64,000 nucleotides of DNA from Takakia lepidozioides (Eukaryota; Plantae; Bryophyta), in the NCBI GenBank assembly GCA_030704615.1, contig CM060734.1, positions 54,684,001-54,748,000 on the forward strand. Direction: 5' to 3'. Made by a program: the position numbers and the translations under genes. Below, in pieces: positions 1 to 13,100 of this stretch (positions within the stretch are counted from its first letter, which is position 1; every line of letters begins with the position of its first letter). Under the pieces are notes generated by a model, which was given only the letters and a program-made list of their open reading frames with translations, did not search any database and was not told where the DNA came from.

Positions 1-269
1 GTTGTAGGTCTCACGCGTCAGTGAAGCTATTACATCTTGATCTTCTTCACTGTTTGGAGAACCCCTTCAACAAATTCCTGTATTGACTTTCTGAGTCCTT
101 TTTTTCCCTTGGCTGGAACTTCCTTTCTACATCTGTGTGAACACAGCTGTTTGATCAAGACTGTCCCAAGCATGGACCACGCTGTATTTACTTCTAGTTT
201 TCACCTGGACTAGAACAAGCATTCTCTTCTCCCCTAAAATCACACACAAACATCAAATCCAGTCCCATG

Positions 270-480
270 CAATTGTCATTCCAGTGTGGAATACCAATGT
301 GAGTGTAGTTTATCATTATCAACTTCCAAGGTATAAACTATAAACATCCAATCTTGATAGCATGTAAGCTCTCTCCACTCATCTTTTATGCCCCATCACC
401 TTAATTGTTCATTTCAAAGCATGGGTTGATAAAGCTGAAACTACACGCACGCCGGTGTTCCACACTGGAGATGACAATTG
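270..480. repeat. Fold-back inverted repeat (MITE-like) with arms of about 55 bp
   Basis: CAATTGTCATTCCAGTGTGGAATACC...TTATCAAC (270-324) is the imperfect reverse complement of GTTGATAA...GGTGTTCCACACTGGAGATGACAATTG (425-480). Confidence 0.75.
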
Positions 481-1288
481 GAGCAAGAGATTCAGAGGAG
501 GAATAATAGCAAGCATCTCAGCATGTGCGTGGGGCAGGATTGTTTTCATGCAAACTGCTGCTCCTTCCATCAAAACCTGGTGTTTTGTCAGAGTGACTCT
601 AGTCTACTACTAACCAAATGAGAAAGATATACCTATTTTCAGTTCACATTTCTGGGTGAGAAATCTAGGTGGAAGCTTGTGTCACTTGCATTGCAAGCTT
701 CACTTAACTGGGATACAAGGGTCAGGATTCTGATGGGTATATATATTCTCTCTCTCTCTGACCTGCAGAACAGAAACATCAAATCTGCAGTCATCAACAT
801 TTGCAGCTTCTGTTTGGCTGGGAAGGGTTCTAAGCATGCAGGGTTTCATTTCAAAAATAGAAGCAGCTAAAATCGTAAATTCTCCACGGTGTTTCATTGG
901 GACCAACTAGAAGGGACGAAGGAGACAAGCTAGTTTGCTAGCCACTATTAATACGGAGGAGATCCTGCCATTCAGGATCAGGATTTCAAGGTCTATGTTG
1001 TTTCTGGGATTCCGCACCAAATTGCCCTTACTGGGTAGAAACCTGCCAGATACGAAGCTAAGATAAGCTAAAATAAGGAGAGATGAATTGTGCCAAGTGA
1101 ACAGCCAATATTGTAAACTTGCAGTCAAAACTCATTTAGCAGAATAAGAATTGTTGATACAAACTCCATAGAGAATACACCACTTCAAACAACTTATGCT
1201 AACATATACAACATAACTGTACAAGCATTATGCTAAAAACCCACACAACACCGAAATCTCACATCATGCTACAAACCACCTGTTCCTG

Positions 1289-4052
1289 CTAGTGTGACGG
1301 CTGTGGGTCTTTTCCACATCTCATGAGGGCATGAGTGAGCATCATGTTACCACGGCGCAAAGTCTCAGCGGCACGACCCACCAAAGGAACTTTCACTGTT
1401 TTCCTGTTCCACAGTGGCTTGTTGTTCCACCTGTCACACCTCATGCTTTGTGAGATTTCACTGAGGAGAGAACATTTCAATACTTTCAGACTTCAATAAA
1501 ATAAATTCTGCAGTTTTGGGAGATACTATCAATTTATTTTATATTGAAGTCATGGAAAACATGAGTTATCAGAAGGTCAGGTATGCTCATCCACAACAAT
1601 ATGCAGCTAGCAAGATGATCCCATGATATGTAAGGTCAGAAAGGAAAGCTCACCAATCTTCATGGCGCACCACTTTCCCGTCTTCAACCTGCACCCAGAA
1701 GGGCCAATATCATTATATTAATAACGCACATGGGAGGCCTTTGGACAAAGTAGAAATACACCTTAGATCCCCCAATTTGTATGATATTCTGCCAAACATG
1801 AGGAATCGCTAAAAAGAAACCAGTATCTTCCCCTGGACTTGTAGGGGATGAGATAAGGAAATGTCTTGGCCCACTTGTCTGGGTAGCACCTGGAGATTGT
1901 TTCGAAACAATGGAACTTCTTCCGTATCCCTGTCGTAATCTGTGTGAGAATTGCCTTGGAAGTTTGCTCAAAACCCTCATGAGGGGGTTTTATCCTTAGT
2001 GGAAGGCACAACGGAAACCCCAAAGAGCTTCTGGGACAAGAATGTATAACAACAAGAGAGAGAAAAAGAGGAAGTTATGTATTGTGTCCAAAGTGGGGCA
2101 CATGAGAGAGATTGTACTCATAAGACGTTGTTTGCTGTAGCCTTGTGGCCATTGACCCCGCGCCCAGTTTGAGCGGGAACAAAAGGGACAGAACCTACCT
2201 CTGTCAGGGGCTGACGTTGGTAGTAAGACTTACCTCCATATATAGAATTAATCCGGGTTTTCCAGATATCCTCTAGAAATCCCTTCACACAAGCATCAAT
2301 CTGCTGTGTGTGATTTGCCCAAAAACTAGGCCTCAGGAGGGCCTGGGCTTTTGGCTCAGCCTCGAGACTTTCAAAGTTGGTAAACAGGGGTACAGGCACA
2401 ATTCCCTTAATAGATTTGAAGAGAGCGTCTCTTTGGTGAGAGAACCCCGGACAGTGTATCAGAAAATGAATACTGTCTTCAGATTGCCCACACAACGGGC
2501 AATTGCACTCTCCCTTTCCTCTCTGCTTCTGTTTGCTGTTCAAAGGTAGGCTTCCTGCCCTGAGTTTAAATTTCAGTCTAGTGCCGAGAGTGGGTAGACC
2601 CTTGAGGTCATCCAAGCCAGGTCCTTGAGGATCTCTTCTACTCTTTTCTGCCAGGACTTAGCCTGTTTGACAGGGCGGTCCTGTTTCCAAGATATAGAGT
2701 CGATTAACTTAGGATATCTGGTGTTGGGCATATGTTGCAGCTGACCCCACCATCTGACCTTGAATTCATCTCGTCGGGAGCTTAAGGACGGAATGCCAAA
2801 CTCACCCCGAACAGCCACATTGGCTGTTTTGGAGCATGCTGACATACACTCCTTAAGCACCCCCACTTGAATGGATTCTAGAGACTTAGCCTGGTTGGAG
2901 TTATCAACCCATATAGCAGATCCGTACTCCAAGGCAGGTCTAATAACGCGACAAAGCATGGTTTTCTTAACCTCAGAGTTGACCCCTCTGCAGTGGAAAA
3001 ATTTAGTGAGCCCCAGAGCTTTGCCCTTGCCAGTTTGAACAACTTTCCGGATCTGTGCATCCCAATTACAATTGGAGGAGAACTCAACGCCCAGGTAAGT
3101 GTAGGAAGGGAGGACCGGGATCTCTTGGCTACCCCACTGCCACTTAAGATCACTTCCTCCCTCTTCTCTGTCGTTGAATGCTACCACTGCACATTTGCTG
3201 ACATTAGCCTCTAGCCCCCAAAGATCAAAGTATCTCTTCGCGCAATCAATCAACTCCTGGAGATTGGTTGGAGTCTCCCCTATGCCTGCGAAGTCATCCG
3301 CAAACATAAGGGCTGGTATGGTGGTATCACCCACCCTTAACCCAAATCCCTCACTTTCCACATCATCGAGGAGTTGATTGATGAAAACATTGAAGAGCAG
3401 AGGGGAGAGAGTACATCCTTGAGCTACACCTTGGTCTATGTCAAAGAAGTTGGACTTCTGTCCGTTAACAGTGACACAGCTTTTGGTGTGAGCATACAAG
3501 TTGTGGACAACTCTCCACATCTTTCCCTTGATCCCACAAGACCAGAGGCGGAACCATAGGCCATCTCTCCACTGTGTCATAAGCCTTTTTGACATCCAGG
3601 AAAAAAACATAAGTGGGTTTCCCTTCATTTTCCCTTCCCTGGATAATCTGGCTTAGAGTGAAGATATGATCCACACAGCCCCTGTTTCGCCGAAAGCCAG
3701 CTTGGCCTTCGTGGAAACAACCTCTAGACTCCAGATCAACCTCGAGACGAGTACTTGTAACTCTGCAGAATGTCATTGAGAAGCGTGATGCCACGGTAGT
3801 TCCCCGGTTCTTCTCTGTCACCCTTCTTGTATAGATTGACAATGACCCCCTGTCGCCAGCGAAAGGGGATCATTTCAGTCTTCCAGATAAGGTTAAAGAG
3901 GAGAACTAGGGCCTCTATCATGGGATCACCACCGTGCTTGATAAGCTCGTTGACAATACCATCAGGTCCACCAGCTTTATATCCATTTAAATGTTCAATT
4001 GCTTCCACAATCTCAGAAGAACTAATGGGAGCATTATAAGCCATTGAAATAT

Positions 4053-4143
<91 letters not shown>

Positions 4144-6209
4144 AAAATGCCATCAGATGCAATGCTTCACTGATTTCTAGATTGAATCTAACCCCCTAAA
4201 ATTTCACAACATCACCAACACAGCCAGTCTAGAACAGAATGAGATTCGGTGCAGAAAACAGCTCTGGCGTGCTTAAGCAAAGAAGGACCTGTAATGTGAT
4301 GAGGGACTTCATATCAATTGTCTTCCCGGCAACCTTATATCGTTGCAAGTTGTCAAGAGATATCTGTATCATTGACATTCCACGACAAAATTTGAACCCA
4401 CGAGTACTGCTGCAACAGAAGTAAACAGACATGGTCCTTGCCCTTGATGGGCCATTCAAACCCGTAATTTTCCTCCCATCACAGACAGTGTCATGACCTC
4501 ACGGATCTCAATGTTGGTTTTCCACCCACAAACGGTACGAAACTTAAAATTACGTAGTGTTTGTGCACACCACCGACGATGCAGTGAAGGGGATGGTTAA
4601 GGGGATTGTTATTTTTATGATACAAATCATAACAATGCAGCACTGAATAAACTCATTGTCCACCCTTCTTCTCTACCCAACCCCTTCTCTCTCACAAGTC
4701 TCCCTTGCAGATGCCTTGAGTCTCATGTTCTATTGCACATGGTACGAACAATAGAAAAAACAAATCATCTGTTCGATTGAGATATTAATCATTCTTGCAC
4801 ATATCATTTACTCTGTTGCTGACAATAGCTTATGGCCCTTGCTTTCAAAGTTTGAGTAGTGCAACATTTGTCTAGATTTAAAGAACCTTGCCAATGAAGA
4901 AGCCCACATGCACATCCCATATGCCTGAAAACAAAACAGATACCTGGCCAGAGCCTGGTGTTGTTTCCTCCTCTTTGACTGTATACTCCACCATTTGAGC
5001 CTCCTTGAATACCTGCCAGTAGAACCCTCTTATGTCTGTGACCGCTGCTCTGTGATCAATTGCTCCACTCACTATTCACCTTGTCTATGAGGAAATGTGA
5101 AATGATGGTCATGAAAGGATGTATTTTTTCCCCCTCTTGATCCCCATCCCCTGCTGTCCCTTCTCTGCTTGTGGCCACTTTTTGCTTTCGGAAAAGCAGG
5201 CCTAAAATACTACTCTTATGTCAATGAAAACCTCAAAGCATCAACAAAAATTTGAAAGATTGAACACTAAAATGCAAAGAACAGAACTTACACCACCTTA
5301 GGAATGGAGTAGAATGCTGACTTTATTTGTTTCACACTGCAAACAAACACAACAGCTTGTAACGCATGAGAAGTCAGATGTGATAACCTGAACAAATTAG
5401 GCAGAACATTGATTGGATTGTTTTGGCTGCCAGAAAATCCATCTGAATAATGGCCCATTGCATCCCACCTCAGTTCTCTCTCTCCATCTCTCCCCCTCTT
5501 CCATCTCTCTGTCGGTCTATCTGAATGAGGCACTTCATGTTGTGTATTTCTTGTTCTACATTGACCTGGGGGCCCTCGGGACTCCCTGTGGGCATTATAA
5601 AGGGTCATTCTTTCTATGTTCCAAATAAATATTTTCTTCCCTGTAATATCCCCGTAATATCAGTTGTGCGGGCAAGGTCTATGGCCACAAGACTACAACT
5701 TCTCAAATGATAAACATCCAACCTCTCGACATAAATTGTATTGTTCATCATTGTACTTGTAATTGTTTCCTCAGTAAAAATGCCTTGAAGATAATTGAGA
5801 ACTTGGTACCCATGAGCACTCATGAGAGGATCCTCGAAGGTGGCATTGGGAGCATAAACCTCAAAATCAACTGCTGTGGCAGTGCAGTTATATCTGCAAG
5901 CACCCAACCACACATTATTAAAGCTCCAACGTATGGTAACCTGAACAGTGGACATTGAGGCTTTCCACCTGAAAAGCTTCCTTTCGTTCACATGATGTTG
6001 CAGAACTCAGCATTTATGCAGTTGTGGGGAGGGAAAAAGACAGAGAGAGAGACAGAAAGATGTATCCATGGTTAATCTCTGCGAATGTAAGCTATGCTGT
6101 ATTATTGAGGGCTGTATATCTACCATGGAGTAGCTTACAAATTGAGAATGTGGGGAATGATATTCATTCCAAGTCTCCCTAGCTCCTTGCTTTTGTCGAC
6201 ACTGTCCAT
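1289..6209 (-). CDS. NTF2/SnoaL-like family protein (plant NTF2-like), about 171 aa, 7 exons: 6209-6139, 5893-5810, 5336-5297, 5012-4944, 4363-4289, 1688-1654, 1430-1289
   Basis: Exons join in phase across GT-AG introns to give NIIPHILNLYNCTATAVDFEVYAPNATFEDPLMSAHGVKQIKSAFYSIPKVFKE...ISLDNLQRYK...VEDGKVVRHEDWWNNKPL...GKDP. YAPxAxFEDP and HEDWW are typical of plant NTF2-like proteins. Start codon is tentative. Confidence 0.85.
2112..4054 (-). mobile_element. 5'-truncated RTE-X-like LINE, copy 1 (RT domain to C-terminal CxxC/HxxxC), in intron 5 of the NTF2-like gene
   Basis: Frameshifted ORFs with [46 protein letters not shown] and [15 protein letters not shown]. The 3' end reads ...AACGTCTTATGAGTACAA. 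Probable TSD TCTCTCTCA at 2103-2111 and 4055-4063. About 160 bp deleted relative to copy 3. Confidence 0.93.
4056..4140. repeat. (GA)n/(TC)n microsatellite, about 42 units, abutting the 5' junction of LINE copy 1
   Basis: Perfect dinucleotide run seen directly. Confidence 0.98.
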
Positions 6210-7175
6210 TCCTGTCTTGGGCTCTGAGGTGGATGTCTCACTGGAAACAGGCGGTGCTGACTCTCCTTTAGACGCCCCATAACAAGTCACTCAAGTTAGA
6301 GACGAAACTAATTCAATGACTAAACGATATTTCCCAAGTAAAGTGCTTCTTGGGGGCCCTTCATTACTTCAGTAGCATCTAATTTCTAATCCTCATAAGA
6401 TTGTCCTGTAACTATCAGAAGTCCAGGACCCATAATTTGGCAAGGTGAGGCAGATGTGCATTTTCCAGTGATTCCATTCATTGTACATCTTCTAAGATCT
6501 CCTTCAACTGCACTCACCTCTAACACACACACAAACCCTTCCTTCCAAAAAGCCTAAGACATTGCAGTGATAACCTTCTCAAAAATACTACAAAATTTAC
6601 TTTAGTCACATGATGGTGGGTATATCGAAATCCTCTCTCTCCCCCTCCCTCCCTCCCTCTCTCTCCACGATATATTTCATTTATAGGAACAAAAAGAATT
6701 GGTTGCCACGCTTACCAGCAACCCTATCAGCCATGGCGAAGGAGGCAGGGAGGTGTAGAGCGAGCACACCAAAAGGAAGGGAGAAGGATCTTCTCACAGG
6801 CCAGGCAACACCAGCAAATGCACGGGCCTGCAAGACCAACTTGAATGCAAACCGAGGACAGATGGACTTTTGCACTTGCGAGGTGTGAAAGCGTACAGCA
6901 CACTCATCAAAGCTTACTCGTCAAAGCGTGCGTACATCACTCTGCTTTTGCATCAAAAGTGCTTTGCTTTCGTGGCAGACGGTGAGTGCAGGGTGACTCG
7001 TGAGGATTCCGCTCAAGAAGAAGACGAAGGAGGCGACGACAGAGAGGAGCGAACGACAAATGAACGAACGAATGAGTGCAGCTGAGTGTTTTTAGGGTTG
7101 TTGTTCTCTTGTGAGTATTTTGTGGCGATGCTGGAGGGTTAAGTTTATTCCTTCTGATCTCTCCGCAAACGTACC

Positions 7176-10100
7176 ATGGGGCGCAGTGAGTCCATGGACT
7201 TGGTCGAGCATGATGCTAAGGAGAAGGAGAAGGAGAAGGAGAAAGAGCGTCGGAAGGCTCGTGAAAAAGAGAAGGATCGAATCAGAGAGAAGGAGAAGGA
7301 GAAGGAGCGGGATCGAGATCGAGAGCGCGACCGAGACAAGGAGAGAGGGAAGGAGAAGGGGGCAGAGAAAGAGAAGGACAGGAGTAGGGACAAGGGCCGA
7401 GAGAAAGAGAAGGAAAGAAGTAAGAACCGAGATAAGGATAAGGTTCACGAAAAGGATGGCGGCAATGCGAAGGAGAGGGACCAGGAATCTGAGTTGACAA
7501 AGAAAGACAAGCTGAAGGATTTGGAGCGCGAAAAGCACAGTGAAAAAGAGAAGGATCAGGGTTTAGAATTGAGAAGAAAAGAAAGAACAAAAGAGGCGGA
7601 GCGAGCTAAGGATAAGGACGCAGACAAACACAGTGAAAAGGAGAGGGATGAGGAGTTGGACATGAAGAAAAAAGATAGACCAAAGGAGTCGGAGCGAGCT
7701 AAGGACAGGGACGTAGACAGGCACACCGAAAAGGAGAGGGACCGGGAGTTAGAGTCGAAGAAAAAAGAGAGATCGAAAGAGTCGGAGCGAGCAAAGGATA
7801 AGGACACAGACAAGCACGCCGAAAAGGAGAGGAACCAGGATGTTGAGGCGAAGAAACGGGACAGATCAAAGGATTTGGAGCGAGCTAAGGTCAAGGACAC
7901 AGATAAGCACACCGAAAAGGAGAGGGACCAGGAGTTGGAGTTGAGGAAAAAAGACAGGGTCAAGGAATTGGAGCGAGATAAGGACAAGGCAACAGATAAG
8001 CACACGGAAAACGAGAGGGACCAGGAGGTAGAGGTGAAGAAAAAAGAGAGATCAAAGGAGTTGGAGCGAGATAAAACTAAGGACAGAGAGAAGCACAGTG
8101 AAAAAGATAAGGCTATGGATAAAGAGAAAGAGAAACGTGATCGGGAGAAAGAAAAAGAGAAAGAGAGAGAGAAGGAAAGGGAAAAGGAGAAGGCGAAGGA
8201 GAGAGAGAGAGAGAGGGAGCGGGAGAAGGAAAGAGAAAGGGAAAGGGAGAAGGACAGGGAGAGGCATCGGGCCCGGCAGAAAGAGCGAGAGAGGGACAGA
8301 GTACTGGAAAGAGAGAAGGACAGGGACAGAGATGGGGACAGGGAGAAGGAGAGAGAACATGATGGGGAGAAAAAGGATAGAGACAGAGAGAAGGATGATA
8401 AGGATAGTACACGAAAGGAATCTGATCAACCTCCAATCTCCGCTACTGAACTTGCAGAGCGTGTTTCCAGGTATGTTACCTTACCTTCCTCTCTAAATTG
8501 CTCACATTGAGAGGCACAGTTGCTCATGGTGCAAGGAATTTAGGGTTTCTTTCCTGGTTGCTGCATATCATCAATAACATTTGCTCATGTAAATGTAGTA
8601 CAGGTTTTTGCTGGTTCCATTGTACTTCAACATGTTGTGTACGTATGTTATACCCCATGTGGATCAGGCGATTGGCCCGAATCATGAAGGGAGTTGTATA
8701 GGGCACTTGAATGCAGAGATTGAACTACTGTATGCAAGTTGTGTCCTCTTCATTCACTTGCTCTTGCTGTTTTACATCATTTTCTCCAGGATGCAGGAGG
8801 AACGTAAAAAAGGTAATGCTGAACAGAGATCAGGGCGGAAAGCACCATCTGAGAAGCATGAGGAAGTTGATGATGTTGCCACCTGGGTCAACAAGAATAG
8901 GAAGCTTGAAGAGCAAAGGAAAATGGAGGAAAAGGGAAAAGCTGCACGCATGGCTAGGTTAATTGCGGAGCGGGTTAGTGCCCTGTTGCTCCACTATCTC
9001 TCTTAGTTGCACTGTTAGGATTTACAGGACGCTTCATCTTTGATTTCTTGAATGAAGCCTTACATCAGTAAAATTTATAACGAGGAGCAGTATTTTTACG
9101 GATTATGGAATATCTGCTTTGTGAGCTGCATCAATATCTATCGTAGTTGACTGTGCCAGTAAGCTCACCTTAATGAGCGCATGTCCACATTCCCATCCTT
9201 GTCCTATGTATCCGGATATGTGATTTGTTGCATCATAAGTAACTTGGCAACTCATAGCACCACTGCTGGTTGTTTTCAGGATAATGGAGACGAAGATGAA
9301 AGTGATGACGACCTCCGCCCCAGCGGATACGGGGGAAGTAAGTTGCAATTCTGTTCTTTGGGCTTTCATCTTATGGATGTAACAGAGGAGGACTGGTTGT
9401 CTCTCAGAACTGTTTAAGAGGCACCCAATCTATGGAACGGATCTTTTTACGATTTCAATAGGTTGAAGTCCAATTGATGTTCACTGGTAGGTTCTGTGGC
9501 AGAGTGCTGAGCAGAGTTTTCCAACATCATCTTTGACTGAATAACATCTAGGAGCCCCACGAAGGCCTGTGTTTAGATTGGGAAGTATCTGTTTGTTGTT
9601 GAACTTTAGTGTGTTATAAGTAGGGTTCTGGTCCTACCTCAAATTAAGAGAATCTGTGGAGAGCGGTTTCTGTGTAGAAGTACTGTTTTACTCCACTGCA
9701 ATGTTGACACACTGGATATATCTGAAAGGATGGTAAACTGATGGGCTTTCTGGGCATGGGATATATCATGTGTTTTGCAGAGGACCTGGCAGGCTTGAAA
9801 GTCCGACATGGCCTCGACAAAGTGATGGAAGGTGGGGCAGTGATGCTCACACTGAAAGACGCCAACATTCTTACTGACGGCGGTGTGAATGAAGGTAAGA
9901 TTACTCTGAATACTCTTCCATACTGGATTTGTTACCCCTCAGAAAGTAGGACAGGGAGGTATGGGTGATTCCATTGGTTGTGGTGGAACATTTCTTGCTA
10001 CTTTAAGTTTTCCTGGTGGTGTTCACTCAAGACATAGATGGAACTGTGGGGAATCAACTCATTGGAATCTTAGTCTTGAAGTTTGTCAGGAGAGGATTTA

Positions 10101-13100
10101 TATGGACTTTTTAAGTCAGGGTAGAATCTACATTTGAGGGTATTTCCAATCTTGGGATTGTTTTCAATAACAACAGGGGCCTCCCTACTGATATGACAGC
10201 CATCTCACCTACATGCAGCAGGAGATGAATTTTTTGTGGTTGTTTGTCAGTTAGAGTTAAGATCCTAGTGATTTACTTTCATGTACCAGTCTGGAAGCAA
10301 AGAAGAACGTGATCATAATCAGGATTCCAAATGTCATCATGGAGCATGTTCTGCATGTCTAAGGAACCATGAAGGTGGTTGCTGTGCGCAGTCATCAGAG
10401 TGTGTTGTCTGCAAGTGCTGTGGATCAGCTTTGTTCAGAATAGGTCTCCAGCTTTGTATTGATGGGTTGTTCCCTGCCTGTCCTAGTGTTGCGATGTAGG
10501 TTAGAAGCGCTCATCATGGGTTAGTAATATAGTGACAGTAAGTTCCATGGTTTTTGTCTTGTTGTGCTGGTTAGGGTCTTATTCAAATGCTCTCCACCTG
10601 ATCTATGTACTGTTTTGCTAGCTGGCAACTTCTACATTTGAGTCTGCTCAGTTATTGAAAATGGAGTTGAAAATTTGGGGTTCATTTCTCACATGTCGTG
10701 TACCCTGCTTCTACTATTGTTTCTTTCCTGTGAGAGTAATTTAGCCTCTAATCGTCGCTCACACCCTACTGTATTGTGGCTCAAAATCTTTCCCAAAATG
10801 TGTGCACCACAACAGTTGCTTGCACCATAATGTGTGTTTCTACCCTACCTGGTAAGACTCTGCAGTCCTTCTCTGAATGGGCCTACTGATGTGTTGGATA
10901 CTCTTTTTTTGTGTCTTGTTTAGACATGGATGAACTGGAGAACGTTGAGCTTTCTCAGCAGCAAATTCGTGAAGATGCCTACAAAGCCGCCAAAAAAGGG
11001 CCTGGGAAATATGAGGATAAGTATGCCCTTGAACATGTGTTGGAGTGTAGGCTTTCAGTTTACTGGAGGTGCATGTTGTTGCTGATGTTACTGAAACCTT
11101 TTTTTTGGTGCTATTGAAATTGTCCTAACTTGGCACAATCATGATACATCGTTAGTTATCATTTGTGTTGGGGTTTTTAGTGCCTTGTGTTGGTCTGTCT
11201 TACAGGTTTGACAATGATATTTCGGGCCTACAAACAATCCTTCCACAGTATGATGATGCCGTAAAGGATGAGGTAAAGTCAGGGGCTGCTGATCTTGAAC
11301 TTGGTGTTGGTGACCAAGGAATGTAAAGCTTGAACAGTTAAAAAATTTCAAACGTCTAGGTCAGTTTACTAAGTAACGAGCCCACTACTGAGATCTATGC
11401 TTATGTGAAGACATACCCAAGAGACTGCTTGCATTTTGATGCTCATCTCTTCCCTTCACTTTTCTCATACTCAGGTTGTACTGAAATTCTGAAGGAGATG
11501 ACCAGCTAGTTTTTCATTTGGAGTTTGCTGGCTGGCTTGGAGCAGTCTTTCTTAGGCTTTTTAGGGGCAACTTTGGAGTGTGGTAGATGGACATTTTGTG
11601 TTTTCAAGAGTAAATGGTCATGAGATGAGATACCAAACAAACCAGCTCATCCTTCCAGCTACCCCATTTTTGTTCCTAAATGCAGGTCTTGCAAGCATAA
11701 TGTGTTCTATTGAGGTTGATTAAGATCTGGTTTACTGCAGGGTGTTGTCTTGGATGATACAGGAGGTCTCAATGAGGAGAGCAGGAAAAGACTGGAAGAG
11801 GTAATCTCTTCACAAGAGAACGATAGGTTGTACAAGTGGGATCTATGCTTGAAATTTATGGGATATATTCCAACCGATGAAGAGTGTTGACTCAAGGTAA
11901 CATGGTGGCTATTACTGCTCCTGCATTGTGTAAGGAGGATGCTGGTTATACACTGTAGTTGAGCTCTATGTGCTTTATCGGATGCATGCCGATCCAGGTG
12001 AGGACTAATGGATGGGTAAGTCTCCTTGAAGCTCTCTTTGACCCATTTATAAGCCTTTGAAGTGGTATCAAGGAAACTGGGACAAGAGATTCTGCTCCAT
12101 TATATTGTTTTTCCAAGCAAGTGCTGTTTTCCCGTGCAGGTCCGTCGAAGGCTGCAGGTTTCAGCCATGGGAGACCGTCCAATGGAGTCTCTTGACACTG
12201 GACCCACAAGTGTGGCATCTGATTACTTCTCACATGAAGAGATGCTACAGTTTAAGAAACCAAAGAAGAAGAAGAAGCTACGCAAGAAGGACAAATTAGA
12301 CCTGGATGCCCTTGAAGCTGAGGCATTGGCCTCAGGTATAGGCACTGGAGACCTGGGCTCCAGAAACTCTGCAGCACGCAGGACAGCAAGGCACCAGGAT
12401 GCAAAAGCAGAGGGGGATTCAAAGAAGGCCGCTTATGAGAATGCCCTCTCAAAAGCTGTCGATGCTTCTAGAGCTCTGAGGGAAGTCAGCACTGTTGGGG
12501 CAATGGATATTGACAAGGATGAAGAAATCCCTGTGTTTGGGGTGGAAGAAGATGAGGACCTTTATAAATCGGAAGAAAGGTCACGACAAGCTGCCTTGAA
12601 GAAGCAACCTGAGAGTGTGGCTGGTCCCCAGGTAGTTGCGGCTCGGTTGCTGGCCCTTGTGCAGCAGTCTGGAGAGGGTGGCCAAGCGCCAGGTAGTGGG
12701 GAGGTTGAGGAGGGCAAGCTTGTGTTCAGTGACACAGGGGAGTTTTGCCGGAGCTTGCAGCTTGATGAAGGCAATTGAATTTGACCCGTTGCCCCACAGC
12801 TGTTGTGTCAATTAATTTTGAGTGTTGGGATTCTTGTTTTGGTGTTGCCGAGTGATACAGACACTTTCACAATATATAGGTAGGAGGTCTAGATTCAGTT
12901 CATTTACCTTTCACGCCAATAGAAAATCAGTAGCTAAGGTTGTTCCTTTTTGTTTTGGTATTCTCCAGCTATAACTCGAAGGGCTGGGCCCAAAGATGCA
13001 TTTGGGGAAGACGACGAAGAAGCTCCAGCAGCAGCTAAGGACGAAGAGGCCCCTAAAGCAGTGGGAGGGGGAGGGGGAGGGGGATGGACAGAGGTCAAGG

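Noticed and set aside
8-40. Terminal exon of an upstream + strand gene (VSRVSEAITS*)
   Set aside because: Plausible AG acceptor and stop, but too short to support.
731-760. Further LINE micro-stubs (ATGGGTATATATATTCTCTC; also TGAGTACTGGTCTCTC near 15822 and ATGAGTACAT on the minus strand near 38522)
   Set aside because: Matches are too short and have no TSD, so they may be chance. If real, they would be non-intronic exceptions to the intron pattern.
7092-8436. Hydrophobic or Ser-rich antisense and alternate-frame ORFs
   Set aside because: Shadow ORFs of the purine-rich SART-1 exon.
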